This document shows, in pieces, positions 52,945-64,000 of a stretch of 64,000 nt of DNA. The position numbers and the translations under genes were made by a program. The DNA is from Octopus vulgaris (lineage: Eukaryota), in contig OX597827.1 in the NCBI GenBank assembly GCA_951406725.2, positions 73,656,001-73,720,000 of the forward strand. Reading direction: 5' to 3'. Every line of letters begins with the position of its first letter. Positions within the stretch are counted from its first letter, which is position 1. The notes beneath the pieces are model-generated. The model was not told the DNA's origin. It ran no database searches and worked only from the letters and a program-made list of their open reading frames with translations.

Positions 52945-53625
52945 ATTTACATTTCACGGATATTTGTATGCATATTGTTTGTTGTTAACACAACGTTTCG
53001 GGGTTCTCATTCGGGGTATTTTACTGATGTAGCTGTTGTTGTTGTTGTTGTTGTTGTTGTTATTATTAATATTCAGGTCCCTTCGAATATTTGGGATAGT
53101 AGCCCGCGCTCTTAAACTAAAAGAACATCGCAAACTGTGACACGAGGAGATATTGACAGATCACGTATAGCTGATCATGTATGGAAAAATATGGAGACCA
53201 CTTCCCCTTGTGGGACGAAGTTAAAATAATAGACATAAAACAGCACTGGAAAATACGAAAACTAAAAGAAACAGCACATATGCTAGGATATAATAACCTC
53301 CTAAGCAGACCGAGTGCAGATATGAATAGCATATGGGAACCGGTATTAAGTAAAGATAGGAAAATATTAGATTTATAAACCCTAATATTCAGTCCATAAT
53401 TGCCCACGGTCATATAGCGTTGTGGTTAAGGGCGCAGGTTACTAACCCCAAGATTCCGAGCTCGATTATAATAATAAAATAACCTCAGGAAAATACCTTA
53501 GGAATGAGAACTCGGGTTCGAAATTTCCTCAGGACACCTGATTAACGCTGGAGAATATATCAGCCGAAATGTTGCGTTAACAACAAACAAGACGAGGTCA
53601 AATATCCGTCAAATGTAAATAATAT
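52945..53625 (+). mobile_element. Penelope 3' end (GIY-YIG tail + pLTR) with an inverted upstream piece
   Basis: ORF 53181..53378 reads WDEVKIIDIKQHWKIRKLKETAHM...W.P. 52945..53002 is an inverted match to about 53564..53624. A decayed hammerhead CTGATTA...GAAAT lies at 53538..53570. Confidence 0.75.
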
Positions 53626-53839
53626 TAAAATTCCTTTCCATCTATAACACTTCTAATTGCCAGTGCATTGCGTGAATTTAGATCATAGTGGATTTTAATG
53701 AATGGCGTTTGTGTTTTTATGACTGAATCGTTATTAAATGATGGATTGTTTTCTTTCTATTAAAATTACGTTGTTTTTAATAAAGTGTTATAGCAGAAAC
53801 AGTTGAATCTAATGCATTGATATATAAAAGCATACATCA

Positions 53840-54350
53840 ACACGCGTATCACATCTTCCCTAACCGACCCCTCCCCTCCTTCAAACGCGCCCACAACCTA
53901 CGTGACCTCTTGGTCCACAGCTTCTTACCTAACGCAACCTCCAAACCCGGCTCGCTCCCCAGCTCCCGCCAACGCTGCCACACTTGCCCTCACCTCTCCA
54001 ACACCACCCTCCTCAGAGGCACCCATCACCGACCCTATCATATCGCTGACTCCTTCACCTGCACTTCTAGCAACGCCATCTACTGCATCTCCTGCTCTTT
54101 CTGTCCTTCTCTATACATCGGTCAAACGGGACGCCGCTTGGCAGACCGGTTCGCGGAACACCTCCGAGAAATCTGACTCGGAAATGATAACGTGGTCTCG
54201 TGGCATTTCCGTTCTACCGGTCATTCTTTGCAACACCTCTTTGTGTTCGGATTGTCGTTGCACAGGGGCCATTCGGACTCCCGTCTTCGACGTGAACAGC
54301 AATTAATCTTCTCTCTTTGCTCATTGCGCCTCATGGACTCAACTCTCCTC
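53840..54350 (+). mobile_element. Penelope-like GIY-YIG endonuclease fragment
   Basis: PSFKRAHNLRDLLVHS...RCHTCPH...FTCTSSNAIYCISCSFCPSLYIGQTGRRLADRFAEH. Confidence 0.9.
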
Positions 54351-55126
54351 CCCTCTTCATCTAAACCTCCTCCCCTCTCCTCTCTTCCTCTCACTCCTAC
54401 TTTTTCCCAACCACCTCTTCTTTCTTGCTCTAACACATACCTCTCTTCACTCCCACCTTCCTCTCCCTTCATAGGCACCCCTCCCTCGTAACTTCACCCC
54501 TACACAATCCGACTTCACCTTCCCTATACAACCCATCCCACTACCACTCCATCCGTTTCACCTCACTCCCACATACCCCACACCTATCCCCACACTCAGT
54601 CTAACCCACACCCCACTCTTGTCCCCCGCTGTCCGGAATTCGCCGTGATAGATTGCTAGCTACCAAACATTCTTTATTTTCTCTCCCTGTTTATTTCTGT
54701 GTTCCATTCTGTCGAAGAGCGTAGGCCCGAAACGTTTAAGACATTCTCACGTTAAACCAATACATCTGTTTGTTTTTTACACAACTGTCTTCGTCTATAT
54801 ATATATAAAATGTCTATATATATATAAAATGTGACATCGTGTGTAACGTTGGCGATTTTTTTTCCTCTGTCTTCCCTTCTCTGGATCTTACGTTCTCCTA
54901 TGTTTCCGACGAAGAGCTCCGCTCGAAACGTTAAACCCTCCTTCTTTCCTTCTTTCCTGAGCGTCCAATAATACTATATTTGTTCCACGTCCTCGCGTTG
55001 TTGTGTTCTTTTTGTGCTTTCTTGTTTGGATTAACTTTATATATATATTGTTATATTTCGGAATGGTCATTTTGCCAGTTTAGCCAATAAACACACGACT
55101 TCACATAAAAAATCTTGCACAACAAA

Positions 55127-55176
<50 letters not shown>

Positions 55177-55472
55177 TTCGCCATGATTGATCGCTAGCCA
55201 CTAAATCTTTATGATTTAATATTCTGTCTCTCTGCTTATTTCTGTGTTCCTTTCTGTTGTGCAGCGTAAGCTCGAAACGTAAAAGACTTCCTCACCTCCC
55301 GAGTGCATATCTTTTGCTTAAAAACACATTTGCTTTCGGATAGCATCCAGGTAAAACTCCCTACATGATATCGTGCTGCGAATGAGCGTTTATACATAAC
55401 ACATAAACTATATCTGTGTGAACTATAATGTTTACATTATCAGAGTCGCATTTAATTCGTAATTTCATACAC

Positions 55473-55503
<31 letters not shown>

Positions 55504-55507
55504 TAAA

Positions 55508-56480
55508 TACAAAAGTAAGTCAAAAAGTGTATCGCCAAAACTTTCTTTAGGGTGACCACACTGCCTTCCACGCTTGTGTGATTACATATCCGAGCTTTTG
55601 ACTCGTTCGCTCCAGTTTTCTTTTTTGTGTTACAGAGAAAACACAGCCGCTCTGTTGGCAGTGTGTGTCAAGGAAGAACATAGATCAGTGATCCGATTTC
55701 TCTGGTTTCAAAGTGTGGCCGGAGCTGAAATTTATCGCTGGTGCTCTGTACGATACGGGAATGGCGTTCTACCATATAGAAGTGTGTATGAGTGGATCGA
55801 GAAGTTTGAATATACCAGAGAAGCACGAAGTTGAAGCAGGGTGCTAATCAACCTCCAGGACGGACGTGAGGATTCATGAAACTCGAGATTGGTTTTGATG
55901 AACCGACGCGTGACCGACAATCAGGTGGTATGTTCTCTGCAAATTAGACGTGGTTCTGCATACGAAATAATCCACCACTAAGTTTGTGTAAGATGGATGC
56001 ATAGGTGCAATCGTATGGAGATCTGCCAACGCTTATTCGACCGCTATAACGACGAAAACGAAGCTTTTATAGAGAGAATGATCACAAGAAATGAGACCTC
56101 GGCCTATTACTTTAAACCAGTATCTAGGAGGCATAATATGGAGCGAAAACGAAATTTAGGATTCAACCTTCTGCAAAACAACAGATGCTGACCGGTTCTT
56201 GGGACGCAAGAATACTTGTATTGGGACATTTCTTGGAAAAGAAAGATGTACAGTCACCTGTGTAGGCGACAGTTAAATGCCACCCAGAAATCTGAGACCG
56301 AATTCATCAATTTGCAACAAATACCGAGGTCTATGAACACCGTCGAATCCATTGAAAAATTGGGCTTCGAGTTGCTGGAATACCCAGCATACAGTCCAGA
56401 TCACACCCCTTCCAACATTGATTCTTTGGACCACTCAAACATCCTTTATGTGGTCGTCGATGTCGATTTTCTATGGATGA
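55508..56480 (+). mobile_element. Degenerate mariner transposase
   Basis: KEEHRSVIRFLW...AEIYR...SVYEWIEKF, MITRNETSAYYFKP and LGFELLEYPAYSPDHTPS. Confidence 0.85.
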
Positions 56481-56527
56481 AGTGCCCTGTTCTACAAAAC
56501 ACGCGTGCGCGCGTGCACAGGCACATA

Positions 56528-57033
56528 TCTATATATATAAAACTGTAGTTGTGTGAGTGTCTGTCTCCTACGATTTAGATTCCTAACTCCTCCCACATTT
56601 TGCGGTGCAGTTTAACCAAATTCGGGTATCTTATAGTCGTGATTCATATCAAGCCCGTCTGGCTATTAGCGCGCGTCTACGATGAGTCTACAATTTTAAA
56701 AATAATTTAACATCATTTTTTATTCCATTTTAATGCATAATTTTTCGTGTGTCGATGGCGGCGGAGTTGGCGTCCACGCTCAAACACCTGCACCTGTGTT
56801 TGCTTCTCCCCCTTCTTCCCTCCCTCGTGAAGGGAGTTTAAGGAAATCAACGTCGTAATGCGTTGTCAAGGAGACCAGCGTTCTTTTAGAACAACGACTT
56901 CATGGCTTGAAGACACCAAAACAGAAATGGCTAAGAAAGCCCGAATTGGCATCTATAAAGGAAGTAACTCTCTAAAAATGCTTATATAGTTATTTCCCTT
57001 ACAAACCCGGGCAACGCCGAGCGATACTGCTAG
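56528..57033 (+). mobile_element. Non-autonomous Helitron
   Basis: Start A|TCtatatatataaaa; subterminal GC hairpin cccgggcaacgccgag; end CTAG|T at 57030..57033; no TSD. Confidence 0.8.
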
Positions 57034-57094
57034 TATGTATATAGATATGAATGAACGTATGCATACATATGCATGTATGTATATTACACCCCCT

Positions 57095-57157
<63 letters not shown>

Positions 57158-57161
<4 letters not shown>

Positions 57162-57390
57162 GAAATAAAGTACTCAGAAATCTGGTTGGTTTTATATTTA
57201 CAGATTTTGATTAATATATCACATGATTTTATAACTCATATATAGCGCTTGCATCCACTGTACTAGATTCTTCACATTATGAAGAATCTAGTAGAATGGA
57301 TGCAAGCGATAATATATGATTTATGAAGACATATTAATAAAAATCTATAAATATAAAACCATCCAGATTTCTGAGTACCTTCTTTTTTCT
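57158..57390. repeat. Imperfect ~230-bp hairpin element in (TA)n
   Basis: Arms gtactcagaaatctgg...cgcttgcatcca..tactagattcttca / tgaagaatctagta..tggatgcaagcg...ccagatttctgagtac. Confidence 0.85.
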
Positions 57391-57430
57391 CATATACAAT
57401 ACCTGTACATCACCTCCAAACCATAAAATA

Positions 57431-57476
<46 letters not shown>

Positions 57477-57733
57477 CATCATTTACTGTTTGTACTTAAA
57501 ACCGCATGGTGAATTTAGCAGCGCCACCTCTAGCCGAACAGTTATTGTGCTGATGAGGAAAAATAACCTGGAAAATGTGATACACAGATATTGTGAGTGG
57601 GGATGCTAAACCCTCTTGTTCGAAAATATAAGGAGACAGATTGTGTCGTATAGCCAGCTGGAGACGATAAGCAATAATATTCATCCTAGCCAACACTGCC
57701 ACATCATGTTGGGAAATAAAGAAATAATCTTTA

Positions 57734-57850
<117 letters not shown>

Positions 57851-57905
57851 TGTATAATCTGTTTATATATGTGTATATATATATATACATCTATCTATCT
57901 ATCTA

Positions 57906-57957
<52 letters not shown>

Positions 57958-58026
57958 ACAAAAAGAGATAACAAAGCCAAGTCTTTGAAAAGTTTTCATG
58001 ACTTTTATAAGGAACGAGATATAGAC

Positions 58027-58080
58027 ATAGTCTAACAACTGTTTCTGGGATATTATGGATATCCCTTCATCAGAGACGAT
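58027..58080 (-). ncRNA. Type I minimal hammerhead ribozyme motif
   Basis: Minus strand reads atcgtct-CTGATGA-a gggatat ccata atatccc a-GAAA-C agtt G-TT-agactat. Confidence 0.7.
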
Positions 58081-58936
58081 GAAATGGTTAAATAAAGGTG
58101 AATGTTACAGTTCGAAATAAGGAATTATTATTGAAAATGATGAAATAGGGAATATAGAGGAAAATAAGAGAATGAAAGTAGAAATATAATATAAAACATT
58201 GTAGTTGCACTTCTATTATTTGGGTAAAGGGGTGTATAGAAGGAGTAAAAATGTTACCTGTACATGGCATGTAAGTTCCAACAGTAGTTTATGATTAGTC
58301 ATTTCTAAATGTGGAGCCGTGAATTCTGTGTTGCCCATTCGAATGTTTTTTTTTCGGTGTGAAGGAAAATTTGGGAACGTAGTGGTAGTATTTGCGGATA
58401 GATGGGGATGGGAGAGATGTGTATGATAAGAATGAGGAGATAGGTCAAAATGAAGACAGGAAGAGAAAATAAGAGGAAGAGAGAAAAAGAAAAAGGACAA
58501 AAATTTATAATAAAAGAGAGAAGAGAAAAGTGAAAAGTGTGAAAGTAGAAACGAAAAGAAAGAGAATAAAAGGTGAAAGTAGTAAGAAAAGGAGTGTAAG
58601 GTGGTGGTCAAGATATTGTGAGTGGGTGGGAGAGGAGAGGGAGTGCGGTGGATAGGAAGGGATGAGAAGGTAAGGAGTGTATAAGTGTGAGATATGTGAG
58701 TAGGGACTTTATTAAGGGATGGGTAGAGAAAAGTTATAGGTGGGGTGATACCAAAGTGAGTAGTAATTTTAGTAATAAAATTTAAAATAGAGGGAAGAAT
58801 ACAAGAATGTCAGATTTCTATAAATAAAAGTATGTGATAGGTAGGAATCAGAGGAGGAAGGGTACAATGATATACGTACGCGCGCACATACGTATATATA
58901 CATGTGCGCATATGCATACATACACATACACACACA

Positions 58937-59008
<72 letters not shown>

Positions 59009-59476
59009 CTCATATACATACACATGTACATACACGTGCATGATATCACGCATCCACAAATGTATTCATACACGCATATGCGTGCGCATTCATATACATA
59101 TACATGCATACGCACATACATATGCGCAGGGGCACACTCAATATATTGATCTGCGATGTTCAGTAGAATATACCATTAATATATAAGCGAAAAATATACG
59201 AACTCACTCGTAAGTTCACCCGCAGATAGCAATGCACAGACATATTTGCCGCGTATGCTTTTTATCCTCCAGCCTATCTAGATGAAGAAATAATCGTACC
59301 TGTGACTGAATATAGAGAACACGTTTTACAATGGAGTGTAGGTATTTGACATCTACTTCTAGCATAGGCGCCGGTCATGTCCAGCAGCCCTTATTTATAG
59401 CTATATTTTTATAATTATATACGTAAATAAGTAATGTTACCTATACGATAATTTTTATGTGTTAAGACACTGATGT

Positions 59477-59547
<71 letters not shown>

Positions 59548-60393
59548 AAATATGTCTGGGAAGAATCATTCTCTTTTAGTGCCTTATAATTTATCACCGG
59601 TAAAATTTCCACCCATTTACTTATTTATTTCTCTAACATTTTCGTTGCGTCTTGCAACCCTTTCGATAGTTGTTGACTCTGTCCGTTATCCAAGTTGCGT
59701 TGCTTAAGGCAGACACAACAGAATATGCTTCAACACATGATAGAATGAATTTAAAATACACTTTATGTACGAACCATAAAAATCACAACAACTTAGTTTC
59801 TTCCGCTTATTTTGGCATTTATCTTATTTTATGTCTCATCTCAATCAACATTCGCTAGAGAAGTGTTCAATATTTATAAGTTGAAATGATTATTCGAGTC
59901 AGAAGAAACAGTTAATACTCGTCACACATCTTTCACACTAAAAATAAAATGAGACATGGATTATGCAATTCTCAACAGTTATTAGCTGAGCTACCAACTG
60001 TATATCTAAATAGCATGTTTCGTCCGATGTTCTCGCTGTTAAAATTCTTTAAAACCAGGTTGTTCTTTGTCTTTGCAATCACCTTCAATTGTCAGTACAT
60101 ATTTGAACACGTTAGACCTGAAAATGCATAAATTTGAGAACCGGTCTGTGGGCGCTCCTATCCTGTTAATAAGTACATTTAGCCAGAATTCTATCAGATG
60201 ATTTGAGTATAAACAAATGTATTGAATAAATTTAGAAATCGATCACAGTTTAATTATCTAGAGCGTCTAATATACGATATTTTGGGTGTGTCCTTTAATT
60301 GGAGTATAAATGGAAAGCTTTTGGGTACTTCCAACTAGCAAATATCCTCCATATAATTCCCCATTAGAGAAGCAAGGAGAAGCAAGATAAAAT

Positions 60394-61610
60394 TCAACAA
60401 CCTTGAGAGATTGTCCACAAGACTTGTTTCACTAGGAACTGGTACCTTTTAAATTGAAAGGAGAGGTCATATGGAATTAACAGGATCCGTGGAGTGAAGA
60501 CATTCTCACCCTTATACTTCTCTGTCATAATTGGTGACTCTAGGACATGGGGTCGCATCGCTTTCACTACTAGTGTGGTGCCATTGCAAAGACTAAGTAG
60601 CTCCATATTCCTGAGAAGCATGATTGGGGCCCCATTTTCAATTGTTAAGTGGTGAAGTGGCATTCCAGATGGCTGTAGAGAGTTCAAGAACTCAGTTGGA
60701 TAAACTACAGCCTGCTCTTGATCAATGCAGTGTCGAGGGATTTGAAAGATTGCTCTTGTCTTGGCAACAGCTGCAAGAGATCCCAGTTGATTTTGTCGAC
60801 ATAATTACGTGGATGGTTCGCTAACAGATCCATTGACTGTTGCTAAAATGTTTGCAATGCTTGGGAGCACATGCATTATGGGATCATTGATAGTTGGTAC
60901 CATCTCACCACAGGGTAGCCGGTGTTGTGTCATTTGGTTGGCATATGGTAGTTGCCCATTCCCTGTCTTCAGAAGCTGGTGTGAAAACAACCCGGCAGTT
61001 TGATCACCAAATAATTGGGCCCTCATCTTAACTGTTAGGTGCAGTTTAGTCATCTGGCTCCACAGTTAAGAGACAGGCCTGTAGTTCATCTGCTTTTGTA
61101 CCTTTTGGGATCACAGAGAGGGTTTGTCTGAAATCTCCAACCAAAACTACAGTGACTCCACCTATGACAATGTCCTTTCTTCTGAAATCGCTTAGGCTCC
61201 GGTCAACAGCCTCAAGTGCTCCACGGTGAGATATGGTGCATTCATCCCAGACAATCAAGCACGTCTGCTGCAAGACACCTTGGCCTTTGCGGATGTCTTA
61301 GAAATGTTGCAAATTGGAGTCTCTATCCTAAGTAAATTTAAGGGCATCTTGAAAGTAGAAGGAGCTGTTCGTCTCTCTGACAAGAGAGTGGCTGCTGTTC
61401 ATGAAGATGCTACCTCCAATGCAATGCACCCATCTAGACTGACATTTGCTAGCAAAAGGTTTATCAAAAACGTCTTGCCAGTAACCCCAGGAGCATCCAA
61501 AAAGAACAGGCCACCGTTTTCCTCCCTGAGACATTGGAATGATGCAATTGTAAGCTGTCCGTTGTTCAGTCAAAAGCTTTGACTCATTCTCTGTTACATA
61601 CTGAGTGTAA
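60394..61610 (-). mobile_element. Helitron RepHel PIF1-helicase fossil
   Basis: Minus-strand frames give FFLDAPGVTGKTFL (Walker A), AATLL..RTAPSTFKMP, LIVWDECT, VLVGDFRQTLSVI and PSGMPLHHL...GAPIMLLRN...LCNGT. There are multiple frameshifts. Confidence 0.92.
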
Positions 61611-61794
61611 TGTTGAGGGACTTCTTGGTACAAAAGAGTCGAAACAAATACTCAAAGAAAGCACAAAGAAAGACAGTCAATGTAGTTGGAACTGGAGCTC
61701 CGTGAAATATCAATAAGGCAATTTGTTTCAAAAATATCCAAAATATGTATTGGAAAATCAATGTACAATATATAGCACCACAAATTTTGAAGCC

Positions 61795-63170
<1,376 letters not shown>

Positions 63171-63186
63171 GAGACGGTATTGGCTT

Positions 63187-63362
63187 AAGGTGGTGAGCTG
63201 GCTGAATCGTTAGCACGCCGGGCGAAATGCTTTGCGGTATTTCGTCTGCCGTTACGTTCTGAGTTCAAATTCCGCCGAGGTCGACTTTGCCTTTCATCCT
63301 TTCGGGGTCGATTAAATAAGTACCAGTTACGCACTGGGATCGATATAATCGATTTAATCCGT
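63187..63362 (+). mobile_element. tRNA-derived SINE (third family); fragments at 25640..25740, 38770..39000 and 39815..39910
   Basis: Head ggtggtgagctggctgaatcgttag, B-box gagttcaaattcc, and central block gaggtcgactttgcctttcatcctttcggggtcgat...agtaccag. Confidence 0.8.
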
Positions 63363-64000
63363 GAAGATTTCTCTTGAATGAAACAGTACTAGTCCTGTAG
63401 AAGCTCCTTCTATATAATAAATATATATATATATATATATATATACGAGTGAGTGGACAGGCGAATAAAAGGCATTCAATCAATTTATTGATGTACGGAT
63501 CAAAATGTACGGATCAAAATAGTTTGATTCAAATTCCTCGGTACTCTTGAGTTTCAAGCACGATGTTAGTCGTCAGCCATTTTGGATTTGAATGACAAAA
63601 GTTGATTGTAGGGTGGACTGCGATCGGTCGAGAAAGGTTACGCGGTGTCGTGTTTTATTGTTGGTATATGGAAAACAGTTAGCTAGAAAATACCACAAGC
63701 TGAACAGGAAATTGACCACGTGGAGGGCAAGAAATAGACTAGAAGTCACTCAGGTTGTTGGCGGTTAGTAAGAAGTGGCGGCATGTGCAAGTATATAGTT
63801 CTATAAGTTGGTGTGTAGAAGCGCTCATATAGTTTTGTGTACATGTGTATATTGATGCGTGAGAGCACATTTGTACATAGGCACACACGCGCACATTTGC
63901 ACACACACACACATACACGCGCGTGCTTAAACGAACACGTGTGCACACATATATATGCATACGTACACTCACATCTAACCGCACGCATCATCAGACGTAA

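Noticed and set aside
59273-59341. Possible 69-nt phase 1-1 exon (YLDEEIIVPVTEYREHVLQWSV) after the lectin exon
   Set aside because: The acceptor is good but the donor is weak (gtattt), and it does not resemble the expected second half of the F-type lectin domain. It needs RNA evidence.

Overview
AT-rich, microsatellite-saturated animal genomic DNA. The SINE families, (TA)n/(CA)n/(TAGA)n density and gene content suggest a coleoid cephalopod such as Octopus (inference, not tested). Most ORFs in the supplied track are microsatellite or repeat noise. One host gene can be read on the + strand as seven small exons with phase-1 junctions, spread over about 42 kb (10249..52031) and incomplete at its 3' end. 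It encodes a signal peptide, a Cys-rich segment, an EGF-like repeat, a degenerate F-type-lectin-like domain, a second EGF-like repeat and a recognisable F-type lectin (FTP/fucolectin) domain. The introns and flanks hold two CR1-group LINEs (one nearly full length with a 7-bp TSD), two L1/Tx1-clade LINEs, many Penelope-like (RT + GIY-YIG) fragments, mariner fossils and MITEs, a hAT MITE, Helitron pieces and tRNA-derived SINEs. The most striking unexplained structure is a set of minimal type I hammerhead-ribozyme motifs. Several lie inside long near-perfect palindromes; the best is 38136..38585, with one hammerhead on each strand. No databases or folding programs were run; all calls are by eye.
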